From NCBI RefSeq assembly GCF_009914755.1, contig NC_060925.1: a stretch of 64,000 bases of DNA, one strand, 5' to 3'. The notes beneath the pieces are model-generated. The model was not told the DNA's origin, did no database searches, and was given only the letters and a program-made list of their open reading frames with translations. This DNA is from the human T2T-CHM13v2.0 reference genome, Homo sapiens. Positions within the stretch are counted from its first letter, which is position 1. Each line of letters opens with the position of its first letter. The position numbers and the translations under genes are program-made. Of the stretch, positions 1 to 13,532 are shown in pieces.

Positions 1-2
1 AC

Positions 3-186
3 CAGGAGTTCTCAAAGTGCGGTCCCTGGACCGGCAGCATCAGCATCACCTGGGATTCGGTAGAAAAGCAAATTCTTGGTCCCACCCCGGACCCACTGAA
101 TCAGAAACTCTGGGGTGGAGCCCAGCAGTGTGGGCTTTAACAAGTCTTCCAGGTGATCCTGATGCATGCTAAACTATGAGAACCAG
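3..186 (+). mobile_element. MER5A (hAT-Charlie MITE)
   Basis: Near full-length match to remembered MER5A consensus (TTCTCAAAGTGCGGTCCC...CAGCAGCATCAGCATCACCTGGG...TGAGAACCA). Confidence 0.9.
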
Positions 187-600
187 GCCGAACATGGCAG
201 CTCTTGCCTGTAAGCCCAGCACTTTGGGAGGTCAAGGTGAGTGGATCACTTGAGACCAGGAGTTCGAGACCAGCCTGGCCAACATGACGAAACCCCTGTC
301 TCTACTAAAAATACAAAAATGATGGCACGGTGGCTCATGCCTGTAATCCCAGCACTTTGGGAGGCTGAGACAGGTGGATCTCATGAGGTCAGGCGTTTGA
401 GACCAGCCTGGCCAACATGGTGAAACCCCATCTCTACTAAAAATACAAAAATTAGCCAGGTATGATGGTGTGCACCTCTAATTTAATCAGCTAGTTGGGA
501 AGCAGAGGCACAAGAACTGCTCAGGAATTTGAGGCTGTAGTGAGCTGTGATTACACCACTGTGCTACAGCTTGGATATGACCCTGTTGAATAAAGAAAGC
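186..600 (+). mobile_element. Alu left arm followed by a full Alu (left-left-right arrangement)
   Basis: Two successive left monomers, each ending in TACTAAAAATACAAAAA, then a diverged right monomer. Confidence 0.9.
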
Positions 601-608
601 AAGAGAAA

Positions 609-671
609 GGAATGGAATGGAGTGGAATGGAGTGGAGTGGAGTGGAGTGGAATGGAATGGAATGGAATGGA
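609..671 (+). repeat. (GGAAT)n/(GGAGT)n pentanucleotide microsatellite in the Alu tail
   Basis: Directly visible tandem GGAAT/GGAGT units followed by a purine tract. Confidence 0.95.
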
Positions 672-724
672 AAAAGGGAGGGAGGGAAAGAAAGAAACTA
701 GGATGGAGAAGTGAATAAAATGTC

Positions 725-1258
725 TGGGAGGATAATGCAGTAACTGGTCTCCAAAGATGGACTATCCTTCCCAATGTCCACACCTAGTGTAGTCCTCTCC
801 CCTTGAATCTGGATTGGCTTGTGACCTCTTTTTGACCAACAGAATGCTGTAGAGGTGATGCTATGTAAAACCTGAGGCTAGGTCAGAAAATGCCTTACAG
901 CTTTCACCTGAATCTCTTAGAATATTCACTCTTGGGATGCCCTGTCTTAGAACCCAACTGCCATGCTGTGAGAAGCCCATACCACATGGGCAGGGCACAG
1001 GCAGGCACTCTGACAACTTCAGCTCAGTTCCCAGCCTTCTGCCAGCATCAATCACTGGTCATGTGAATGTGCCATCTTGGATATTCCAGCCCAGTTGAGC
1101 TCCCCACAGATGACTGCAGCCCCCAGAGGGTGCCATGTGGAACAGAAGAGCCACCAGCTGAGCCCTGTCAATTGCAGACTCACAAGAGATCATACAACTA
1201 TTATTGTTTTAACCCACTCAGTTTTGGGAGGATAACACAGGATGAAGCAATAGAGAGG
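725..1258 (+). mobile_element. MLT1 (F/G-like) MaLR solo LTR
   Basis: CCCCTTGAATCTGG, TGCCATGCTGTGAGAAGCCC and the terminal TTGTTTTAACCCACTCAGTTTTGGG are typical of MLT1. Confidence 0.8.
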
Positions 1259-1674
1259 TGAGGCAGATAGGATTCTGACACTTGTGGGTTCCACCTTGAG
1301 GAAATCCCATGCATGGAAATTCAAACATACCTGGGCATTGTGTGAGCAAAGCTAGGGGTGAAGGGAGCAGCAGGAAATGCAGGTGGGAGATCGGATACTT
1401 GGGATCTGGTCCTGTTTCTTCCACCAAGTTGCTGTGTGGCCTACAGCCTAAACCTTTCAGAACATCCTCTTGACACTGAGGGGCTTGGGTCCCATTGTCT
1501 CAGCACTGGCCCAGCTCTGACATCCTTAGCCAGCTAGATTCTTTACTAATCGTCAATCAACTGGCAGATTCCTGCCTCCAAGCATTTGCTCATGCTCAGC
1601 CACCTTCCTGGGGGGTCCCTAGGCATCCTCCCTGCTGGTGCCAGTCAACTGCCAACTTCCCAGTACTATTTCCA

Positions 1675-1880
1675 GAGCATGGGCTTTCTGGATCCAGACC
1701 ATTTGGGTTAAAATTCCAGCTCTATCAACTCCTATGTATGACGTTGATGAGGCTCTTAACCTCTGTGCCTTAGTTTTCCTTAGTAAAATAATAGTACCTC
1801 TCTCATGGGGGTAGTTGGGCAGACTTAATGTGATAATTCATGTAAAGCATTTAGCTCTGGACCTTACCCAAGTCAGCTAC
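1675..1880 (+). mobile_element. MIR SINE
   Basis: Core TTAACCTCTGTGCCTTAGTTTTCCT...AATAGTACCT...TGTAAAGCATTTAG. Confidence 0.8.
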
Positions 1881-2455
1881 TGCCATGATTTCCTACTCAT
1901 TGCCTGTCTCACACATTTGTGCTCCACTGAGCATGTTTCATTTGAGTCTTGTCTCTTACCCATACATATCATCTCTCTCCTGACAAGCTGCAGGCTTCTG
2001 GATGGCCTGACACAGGCTGAAACTCAGACCACAAGACTGAACACCAAGCAGGAGAGCAGACCCTGCAGGGGGAACCAGGTGTCTGCAGTCCTTTTACTAG
2101 CAGTGGGGTCTGGGCACCATCCTGGGCTCTTCTGAGCTTCTGCTTCCTTATCTATAAAATGGAGGGGACTGCCCCCACCCTGCCCCCTCCTGGGGTTGAG
2201 ATGAAAACTAACTGAGATCCTGGGCACGGAAGTGCTGTGTGAACTGCCCCATGCTGGACACACGCAAGCGGCCCAGTGGCCCAGGGTCAGGACCACAGCC
2301 CCAGAAGGCAAAAGATCTGGTTCTTGCTCCGGCCGTGGGCACCTTGCGTCCCCTCTCTGGGCCTCAGTATCCCCAATGGTAAAGCAAGGTAAGGTCACTA
2401 AACCTGCAGACATGTTAGTTTAGCCTACATAGTGTCCTTCTGTAATTCAAATTTG

Positions 2456-2771
2456 TTTTTATTTATTTATTTTTATTTATTTATTTATTTAGACAAGTTC
2501 TTGCTCTGTTGCCCAGGCTGCAGAGCAGTGGCAAAAACATGGCTCTTTGCAGCCTCAACCTCCTGTGCTCAAGCAATCCTCTCACCTCAGCCACTGAAGT
2601 AGCTGGGACTACAGGTGCCGGCCACCACGCCCAGCTAGTTTTTGTACTTTTTGTAGAGATGAGGTCTCACCATGTTGCCTAAGATGGTCTCAAATTCCTG
2701 GGCTCCAGTGATCCTCCCACCTTGGCCTCCCAAAGTGCTGGGATTATAGGTGTTAGCCACCATGCCTAGCC
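2456..2771 (-). mobile_element. Alu (AluJ-like)
   Basis: Antisense Alu with (TTTA)n tail and J-type CTCAACCTCCTGTGCTCAAGCAATCC. Confidence 0.9.
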
Positions 2772-2779
2772 CAAATCTG

Positions 2780-3093
2780 TTTCTATTTTTTATTTTTTTA
2801 TTTTTTGAGATGGAGTTTTCACTCTTGTCACCCAGGCTGGAGTGCAATGGCGTGCATGATCTTGGCTCACTGCAACCTCCACCTCTGGGTTCAAGCGATT
2901 CTCCTGCCTCAGCCTCCCGAGCAGCTGGGATTACAAGCATGTGCCACCACATCTGGCTAATTTCTGTATTTTTAGTAGAGATGGGGTTTCACCACGCTGG
3001 CCAGGGTTATCTCGAACTCCTGACCTCAGGTGATCTTCCTGCCTCGGCCTCCCGAAGTGTTGGGATTACAGGCATGAGCCACCGTGCCTGGCC
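2780..3093 (-). mobile_element. Alu (AluS-like)
   Basis: Full antisense Alu; flanking CCAAATCTG at 2771-2779 and 3095-3103. Confidence 0.95.
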
Positions 3094-3824
3094 CCCAAAT
3101 CTGATTTTCAAGACTGGAGGCGTTCACCTGAGATTTCTAGGTTCTCTTGGAAAAATCAGGAGATGTGGCAGCCCAAGTCCCACGGCTCCACATGGCAGAT
3201 GCTGAGTCGTGGCCGTCCCCTTTAGAGAGGGGACTGTGCTCTCCCATTCCCAGCGATACTCCATTCATACCAGCCTTCATGCCCCTCCTGCTGTACTCAT
3301 GAATGTCGCCTGCCTGGCCCTGATGGCCATGAGTTTGAAAACCCCAAGCAAACTGGCCTCTGGGGTTGCTTGTTGCACTAACAACCTAAGAATCTCTGCC
3401 CGCAATGATTATGACAGTCATGATTCCTGGTATCCGACTTAGCCCAGTAGAGTTCTGGGAACACAGTGGATGCTCGGCAAACATTTGGTTCCCACCCCTC
3501 CCCAGCTGCCTAGTGACCTCGGTTACCCTACAACCAGGAAGCTTGAGATGAGCCCTGGAGGGTGTGCCCTGCCAAAGCCCTGCTCCCTGCAGGCCTGTCC
3601 CCATGCAGCCTGCCCCCACACAAGTCGCATTCGTGGGGCTGGTGCAATGGAAATCAGGACCTTGTTCGGTCGGGGTGAGTCTCAGGAAATCTCCAGCACT
3701 GTGGAAGTTTCTTTCTGACCACTTGCAAATTGGCAACCCTGCCCTCTCCCTGCTCTCTTACTCCAAACAGAACCAAACTTCACTTGTGGGCAGGAATCTG
3801 CCTTCATCAGAGCAGAGATGGACA

Positions 3825-4045
3825 GTGTGGACTCTAGCATTGCATAGAACCAGGATTGAAGCCGAGCTCCGTCACTTGGCAGCTGTGACTGCAGCTGAAA
3901 GTCCTTCACTTCTCTGACTCACAGATTCCTCGAGTGTAAAATGGGAATAACTCTCCCACCCTGCCCACTTCAGGCCACTGGCAAGATTAAGGGGGACCTG
4001 TCTGTGGAGCATTTAGCCAGGCACTCAGTGAATGCCCTGGAAGCG
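3825..4045 (+). mobile_element. MIR SINE
   Basis: Diverged core ...GCTGTGACT...TTCACTTCTCTGACTC...TGTAAAATGGGAATAA. Confidence 0.7.
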
Positions 4046-4320
4046 GTAGCTGTCGGTATCATTGTCCCAGCCACAGAGGGACATCATGGCTCGGCATTTC
4101 CAAACCAGAAGAGGCCATTTCCCCTAACTCTGTCATGAAACCAAGAGGAAATCACAGAGATAGGGTGGATGTGCCTGGAGTCAAATTGGAACTGGGTGGG
4201 AGGAGCCCAGGACAACACAAACCTCTGACTCTTGTGTCGAAGGCACCCCTAAATTTTGCCAGCATTTAGGAGCAAATGAAAGGGTAATGAAAGAGTTTTA
4301 TCTTCTTAGTGCTAGCACGC

Positions 4321-4735
4321 TGATGTGGTCTGAATGTTTCTCGCCTCCAAATCTGATATTGAAATTCGATTCTCAGTGTTGGAGGTGGGGCCTAGTGGAA
4401 GGTGATTGGATCATGGGGGCGGATCCCTCATGACTGGTTTAGTGCCATCCACTTGGTGACAAGTGAGTTCTCGGTCTGAGTTCACAAGAGATCTGGTTGT
4501 TTGAAAGTGCAGCATCTGCCCCGTCACTCTGTTGCTCATGCTCCAGCTATGGGATACACCTGCTCGGCCTTCACCTTCTGCCATGATTGGAAGCTTCCTG
4601 AGGCCCTCACCAAAGGCAGGTGCTGGCACCATGCTTCCTGTACAGCCTGCAGTACCATGAGCCAATTAAACCTCTTTTCTTTATAAATCACCCAGTCTCG
4701 GGTATTGAATAGCAATGCAAGAACGGCCTAATACA
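4321..4735 (+). mobile_element. MSTB-like MaLR solo LTR
   Basis: TG...CA termini, TGCCATGATTGGAAGCTTCCTGAGGCC, GAGCCAATTAAACCTCTTTTCTTTATAAA; 5-bp TSD CACGC/CACAC. Confidence 0.9.
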
Positions 4736-5249
4736 CACACCAAGTTTCCTTGGGGAACTAACCCTCCTCCATGCTCAGTATGTGTGATTCACTGGGGTTG
4801 ACACCATCACCCCAGAACCAGGCCTGCCAGTCAGATCCCTGATTCCTCTAACCACAGTGATTGGCTCACAGATGAGCATGTGACTCAGGCTAGGCCAATA
4901 TGAGGCCTCTGGAATTTTTGCTGGAGCTCCTGGGAAAGAGGCCTCTTCCTTGAGCAGAGGTGGCTAAGCTGATAGGACATAGGCCTGCAGCTGCTGGTGG
5001 GCAACTTTACAAGCAAAGGAAAACACAAAAAACCTGCCTACGAGTGAAGCCAACACAGAAGAAAGCAGAGCCAAAGGCTGTAGGGAGAGTTTCTTGACAA
5101 TAACATCTGAGCGCCTAGATCCAGCCCTGACTGAAGCTGTCCTCTCCTTTGGACATGTCAGATAAAAGTATTAATAAATTTCTTTTTCCGCTTGAATCAA
5201 TTTGAGTTGTGTTTCTGCCACTTATAATAAAAGAATCCTGATGAATACA
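4736..5249 (+). mobile_element. Old MLT1 (K/L-like) LTR, apparently the host of the MSTB insertion
   Basis: GTGATTGGCTC...CATGTGACTCAGGCTAGGCCAAT, CTAGATCCAGCC and terminal GAATCCTGATGAATACA. Confidence 0.75.
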
Positions 5250-5554
5250 GTCCAGAAATACAGACTGCTGCAAACAGACTGGGTGATTAAACAAATGAAT
5301 TAATAAGTGAATAAGTACATGAGTTAATAAAGGAGAAAGAAAACAGCGAGTGAGTGAATGACTGATTCAGGGAGTGAGTGAGTGAAATATGTATGCTAGG
5401 AAACAAGCCACTCTTGTCCTCTAGGCCTCAGGTACCAAAGCCTTCTGTTCCAGAAAGGCCTCCTCTATGGCTCCAGGTTTCAGGAGGTCCCTGAGTAGCC
5501 TGTGGTATTTTGTTAGGGAGGATTTGGCAGTGTGTCTCAGAGGGCATCCAAATA

Positions 5555-6160
5555 TCTTGGGCAAGTCACTTAACCATTGGAGAGCCTAAGCTTCCTCGTC
5601 TATGAAATGGGGATAAGAAGTCTTCTCTTCCAGGGCTATCATGATGGTTAAATGAAGTAATGCACATAAAGCACTTAGCACAGGGCTTGTGCTTGAAAGC
5701 CATTTCACAAGCAATAGCACGATTATCGTTCCTGTTATTAGGCTTTCAGGCCCAGCTCATTTCTGCCCCCTCCAGGGAGTTTCCCTTGACCATCTGCACC
5801 CCTATCAGCTGCCTTCTTTTGTAGCAGAATTGACCCGTTTGCCAAGCACTTGGACACTGTCTCCTCCAGGAGTCTTGCTCAAACTTTGGGACATCGGAAA
5901 CCCCAAGGGGAATGTGTTACAAATGCAGACTCCTAGACCCACCTCCTGAGGACCCTTGCCAGAGGCCTGCTGTGGGGCCCAGGAACCTGCATTTTCACCA
6001 ACTCCCACACCCTGAGATGATTCTGAAGCAAGACCGTACCTGGAGAACACTCATATGTGCATCATCGCATTTTATAGATGGGGAAACTGAGGTTCAGAGG
6101 AGAACACAGATTGGCCCAAAGTCACATAGTGATTCACTGGCAGAGTTGGGCTTGCACAAG
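5555..6160. mobile_element. MIR (+, ~5555-5720), MER5-like (~5870-6050), MIR (-, ~6065-6160)
   Basis: MIR cores TTGGGCAAGTCACTTAACC and TTTATAGATGGGGAAACTGAGG; MER5-like GTGGGGCCCAGGAACCTGCATTTT. Confidence 0.7.
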
Positions 6161-7834
6161 AATTTGTGCCTTGTGGACCTGGGCTGGTTCCGCCCTGCTG
6201 TGGAGGGGCTCCCTCTCTTCAGACTGAAGCTTTCCTACAGCCCCTCAGCATGCCTTTCACCACTGGGTGCTCCAATTCTGGCCTGCCTCTTGCTTCCAGA
6301 ACATATGTCCACCAGGGCCCTGAACCTAGTTGGTGCTCAACAAATATCTTCCAGATGATGGGCATGACTCAGGCAGGGCCAACATATTTAGCAGATTTTT
6401 TGACAGACAGGTTGGGAATGGCATGAATGACCTGGCCATGGGAGTGATGGAATCTCCAAAATGGCACTAGGAAAAAACCGTCATGCCTTGATGGGTCCCA
6501 AAATGTATATAGTTTTTCTTGGTTTTTCTTTTCTCTTGACAGAGATGCTGAATAAACCTGCTAGAATGTAAACTCCAGCAAACGGGAGTTGCCTGGACTT
6601 TACCCTCCCCCTGCCTGGCATGCTGTAGGTGCTCAATAAGTGTTGCTGAGAGGAAGGATATGAGCTGTGGACTCTGCTTCCCACTCTAAGTAGTTTGTTC
6701 TCACTGTAGATGGTCTGATGGTAACAAAAGTGTTATGTCCCCTGGAGGTGTCCCTGCTCCCCTCCCACAACCCCTCCCAACCCCTCCAGCTGTGGAGAAG
6801 GCGGAGATGGAGAATCACGAGTTGGTCCCAGTTCCCATTCTTGGGCCATCTTCTGCAGCTCCGTGTATCTATGGGATGGAGTGTGGGTGGGAAGAAGGCT
6901 GATGCTGAAATCGCCACTGCACCGCCAGGCCTGCCATCCCCTCTGGCTGCCCGGCCTTCCTCCATTAGCACTTTGGCGCTGCAGCCCTTGGCTGAGCCCA
7001 GACTGGATTTGATTGATTCTTTATGGGCTGCAGATTCGATACCCATGCAGAGCACATGTGGAGGATAAGCCAGGGAGGAGGCGGGGGAGAGAGTTGAGGC
7101 CAGGGAGAACCTGGGGGGTCAGACCCTAACCTTTGCAAGACATGGGGCTTCCCCAGGCCTGGCCCAGACCAGGACGCCCCTTCCTGCTGCACCCTCATGC
7201 CAATGACTCTGGTTTCTAGAATTGCCCTGAAGTTCATTTCCCAGCAATGTCTGATCAAATAGGGATGTCCAAGGGCAGGCTCTTCAGATGGGACAAGCCC
7301 GGGCTAAACGTCCTCCCCAAAAAATGCAATGTGAGCATTGTTCATCTGTTATTGATTGGGAGACTGTGAGCTTTGCTTCCAAAATCTCCAATAAAACTGG
7401 CTTGGAAGAGAATTTCCTGAATCCCTGGGTAAGTGGATAAAGATGTTCCAGGAGTCTGGGGTGGTGCCGGTGGGGAAGCTCACACACCATGCACAGTTGG
7501 TTTTTCCCTTTGTTACTTAATGAAGAACAGAAAACAATCAGCCTCATCTCTCTGCATCCAGAGTCGGCTCCCTTCTTCCTTTGAGTTAATTTCCGGTTGG
7601 AGGCTGGTGCCTGCTTAGCCGGAGGGCCCCCGGGAATCTGCTCCTCTTCTCTTTTGGGTTGGGGGCTGGAGGCGGCTCATTCTTCTGGGCATCCCGTGGT
7701 AGGGGTCTTGCACCTGCGTGTGGCATTAGGCGGGTAGGGGGTTTTGAGGGAGCACAATAGAGCATTTGGGAGCTGGCTCAGTTGCTGGAGCAGCCTAGGT
7801 TACAGAGAGATGCAGCCAGCTCTGAGGTCCTGTC

Positions 7835-8015
7835 TCAGCCGTGACCAGCCTTGTGACCTTGGGCAAGGGACTTCAATTTCTGGGCCTCAGTTTCTTCATC
7901 TGTGAAATGGGCATCATTTCAACCCCTGCTTCAAAGGGTTATGATAAGGACTCGAGGAGGCTATGGATGTAAGGCACTTGTGTGGTGCTGGTGCAGAGCA
8001 AGCACTCAATACATG
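7835..8015 (+). mobile_element. MIR SINE
   Basis: TGTGACCTTGGGCAAG...GCCTCAGTTTCTTCATCTGTGAAATGGG. Confidence 0.85.
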
Positions 8016-8788
8016 TGGGTTGTTAGTCCTATTCGCTCCTGACATCAGCAGCTGGGACTCCGCTGACTTCATGGTGAGCCCCAGAGACAAGAGAGATGGG
8101 ATCACCCTTTCCTTGGACTGTTCCTCCCCTTCCTCCACCCCCACCACAGCCCCCTGGGTCACGGCTGGAAGGATGAGGACAGGCTATCTGAGTCAGAGTG
8201 TGTGTCATCTGGGAGTGGGGGGTGGGGTGCCCCTCCATGGGAGAAGAGCCTGAGGCAGGCCAGGAGCTAGAGACCTCAGCCCAAGCCAGGGTGTGGCTGG
8301 AGAGGTCAACTTTTGGCCTCATGACTCCACTGTGTGGAGAAAAGAGGCTTGGGCAGCCTCCCGCCTCCAACATCACTGATCTGGGCTTCCTTAGCCCTCA
8401 CAGCAGGTGAGGAAGGTGCCCCCTACAGGTGGTCTCTTCCCCTGAGCACCTCTGGGGCTTCGAACTCTGAATGCCTCATCCCCCAGGTGAGGAGGTTGAT
8501 TTTTGCCTTGTGAATCTCAAAGGGTTGTTAGACAGCTCCAATCATGGCAGGGCTCAGAGAACTGGACTGAGATCTGAGCCACCTGGACAAGTCTCAGCCT
8601 ATCCCAGAAATGCGTACACACTGAACAGGTCCAAATCAACATGGCGAAGCCTCAGAGGACTGGATGGGAGTCCAACCACCACCCAAATAAGTCTGAATCT
8701 AGTAGGTTGTTTGGCTGCTCTAGGAAAAAGCTCAATGTTCTCTAGGAGATAATAATGATCCCCCTCTACACAACATAACAGTCATGAC

Positions 8789-8935
8789 AGCTGGGTGCAG
8801 TGGCTCATGCCTATGAGCCCAGCAGTTTGGGAGGCCGAGGGGGGAGAATTGCTTGAGGCCAGGAGTTCGAGACCAGCCTGGGCAACATGGTGAGATCCTG
8901 TCTGAAAATTAAAAAAAGAAAAAACAAACAAGAAA
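8789..8935 (+). mobile_element. Free left Alu monomer (FLAM-like)
   Basis: Single monomer ending in an A-rich tail. Confidence 0.85.
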
Positions 8936-8986
8936 AGTCACAATATCCAAGGAACAATTCAAAATTATTCAAGACACAAAGAGCCA

Positions 8987-10885
<1,899 letters not shown>

Positions 10886-11779
10886 AAAGGGATAGCGTCC
10901 TTCCCATACTGATATTAAATGTCCATTCATACATCACCCTAAGCCATCCCCTGCATTTCCAAACATTCGAAGCATTTCCTTAAGTGCTGTAATGTGTCCA
11001 GCCTTCCTGCAGCCTGGTGAGCTAGAGGAGGCAGACATAAAGTGGTAACCATAATGCTGCTATGAACTTGATTTGACTATTCGAGAAGCAAAGCCCAAGA
11101 GTTACGGGAGTACTGGGAAAGAGTAATTCTGTCCTAGCCCAGATTCCTTCTCTAAAACCAAGCCTGAGACAGAGGGCTCTTGCGCTATTACTTGAAGGGG
11201 AGGAGCTGTAGAAGGTTGTGTGATCAAGCCAGCTACAGACGAGAGTCATGGTGGCCAGATCTGTGAACTGTGCCCTGGGATGCTGTATACACTGTGTCTT
11301 GGGATGTACGTCCCTTGGGGGTGAGTGGTGGAGCGAAAGGAGACCATCTATGCCCTGGCTCCCATCTCTCATTGGCCAGAGGTTTGCACACAGAGCGACG
11401 GCTCTCCTACACTTCTAGGCTGTGCACACCTGGGCGTGGGCCACACAGGCGTCCCGAGGCACAGTTAAGGGAAGTGCCAGGGTGGGCAGGAAGCTGCGCC
11501 TGTGAAAAGCCTGTCGGGCCCAAGAAAAGCTGGAACAGGACACTGCCTTAGGACTGAGGGCAAGGAGGACAAGAGGATCTGACGCGGTGAGTAAGAGGCA
11601 TCTGATAAAGACTCCGGCAGGGGTTGCTGGGAAAGCACTAGAAGGAACAGAGATGCTGCATCCAGGCACTGAGGAATGAGTAGGATTCCACAAGTACGAG
11701 AGTGTGTGTGGCAGGGAGCGGAGGTGGCAGTCTCAGCTGAGGGAACAGCAAGGACAAAGATTCTGAGGCAAAATCACGG

Positions 11780-12237
11780 CGTATCTGTTGAATTGCCCTG
11801 TGTCCCTCTGTCTTCTGTTACCATTTCTAGTGAGCTTCCGTGATTGGCTTCTGCGATTGGCTCAGGAGCTGCCACATGACCCACGCTGGGCCAATCAGAG
11901 CCAGCGAGCATCATCCCGGGACTTTGCAGGAACAACCTGGCTCTTTCCATGAGGATTGCTAAAGGGGTAGGAGAGGAGCCTGGAGCCGTTGGGGGCATCA
12001 TTGTCACACCGAGGAGAGGATGCCTGAGAATGACTCTGGCACCGAAAAGAAGAGCTGAGAGATGAAACAAGTTGTTGACGTCATTTGAGTGCCTGGATCC
12101 AAGCATACTCCTGATTCGGATCCGTCTTTTGATTTTTCAGCTTACTCAAGCCAATGAATCCCATTTTCTATTTTAGGGAGTTTGAATTGGGCTCCTGCCA
12201 CTTGTGACCAAAAGTGACCAAAAGGTCCTAAGTATCC
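11780..12237 (+). mobile_element. Old MLT1 (K/L-like) LTR
   Basis: GATTGGCTCAGG...CACATGACCCACGCTGGGCCAATCAGA, GCCTGGATCCAAGC and terminal CACTTGTGACCAAAAG. Confidence 0.7.
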
Positions 12238-12369
12238 TCAGGACCTCGTAAGCGTCTGATGCAAAGTAAGTTTTAGGGACTGGCATTCCTTGGAACACCT
12301 AGAACGTCCTTTCTTCTTTGGACACTGGCTCCCTGGGGGAGCCCTTCCATTCTCGTGGCACATGCGATG

Positions 12370-12620
12370 TTGGTCAGCATGTGCACTTTGAGACCAAACA
12401 CCTGGGTTCAAATTCAAGCTAAGCCAATTACTAGATGTGCAACCAGAGGAAAATTCCGTACTCTCCATGCCTTAGTTTCTCCATCTGTAAAATGAGATTC
12501 ATACTACTACTTACTTCATAGGGTTACTGGGGCCTTTTAGTGAGTTAATATATGTGAAATGCTTACACTGGAGTTCAACACATAATTAGCACTCAGTAGA
12601 GTCAAGCTGATATTAGCAGT
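12370..12620 (+). mobile_element. MIR SINE (arm A of the inverted repeat)
   Basis: CCTGGGTTCAAATTC...GCCTTAGTTTCTCCATCTGTAAAATGAG...TGTGAAATGCTTA. Confidence 0.9.
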
Positions 12621-12884
12621 GTACTGGTGACTTCTGAATCTAGATCTCGAATTCATACTGGCTGCTGAGGTCCAGGCCAATGGACAACTCTGTTGAATGG
12701 GCCCAAGACTGGGCTTAGCCTCTACCCTACCTCCCACAACTCATGCCCCATTGGCATCTGATTCCAAAGCTCGGTTACTCATGCCAGAAAACTGAAGCTT
12801 TTCCTGGAATACTGCCCCCCTCCCACCCCCATATCTAGGCATCGGCAAGTCCTGTTGATTCCACCTCCTCAATATCGTCTGGAG

Positions 12885-13130
12885 ATTCTTGCTATTCAAA
12901 GTGTGGCCTGTGGACCAGTAGCGTCGACATCAGACTCTCGGCCTCACCCGGGACCTAAGGACTGAAATCTGTATTTTCACAACATCCTCAGATGGTTTGT
13001 ATGAACATTAAACCCCTTCTGATTTTCTCAACCTTGGCCGCACATTGACATCACCAGGGGTGGGGAGGGGCAGATCTTTTAAAATGCTGATGCCCGGGTC
13101 CCACCTCCATAGACTCTGACTGCATCAGTG
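12885..13130. mobile_element. Two MER5-family fragments inserted in an L2 relic
   Basis: TTCAAAGTGTGGCCTGTGGACCAGTAGC and TTCTCAACCTTGGCCGCACATT...ATGCTGATGCCCGGGTCCCACC. Confidence 0.7.
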
Positions 13131-13368
13131 GAAGGTGTCAAATACAATAGTCCTCTGGCCTCCAGGGTAACCCCTGCCATTCCATCCCTGACGCTTCAGC
13201 CAAGGTGGCCTTCTACAGCAGGAAAGAATTGTGCCCACTCCAACAGAGAGGTACCACACAGGTACAGAAACAAAAGTCATTTTCTCTTACTGACCCCAAC
13301 TTCCTCATAAGGCTCCTCATGCTGCTGACAGCAGGTAAAACAAACAAAGAAACTGATTTTACCAATTA

Positions 13369-13532
13369 AAAAGGCCCCAGTGACCCTATGCAGTAAGTAG
13401 TAGTATGAGTCCCATTTTACAGATGGGGAAACTGAGGCACGGAGAGAGTAAGGAATTTTCCTCTGGTTGCGCATTTAGTGATTGGCTTAGCTTGAATTTG
13501 AACCCAGGCGTTTGTTCTCAAAGCGCATGTGC
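13369..13532 (-). mobile_element. MIR segment (arm B), ~90% identical inverted copy of 12377-12538
   Basis: Manual alignment: ~16 substitutions and one 2-nt indel in ~164 columns. Confidence 0.9.

Larger units (their letters stand above)
2385..3346 (-). mobile_element. MER102 (hAT-Charlie) split by two Alus
   Basis: TCTCTTGGAAAAATCAGGAGATGTGGCA, CCCCTTTAGA and CCTGCCTGGCCC...TGAGTTTG match reverse MER102; the other end lies at ~2385-2450. Confidence 0.75.

Noticed and set aside
609-671. (GGAAT)n as HSat2/3 satellite
   Set aside because: Only ~60 bp, mixed with GGAGT and grown from an Alu tail.
2635-3205. Alu-derived ORFs here and throughout (LECSG, PASAS, WDYR peptides)
   Set aside because: Standard Alu translation artefacts.
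11185-11610. Possible ERVL-type LTR fragment (similar doubt for ~59660-60030)
   Set aside because: LTR-like in character, but I cannot assign a family or boundaries reliably.
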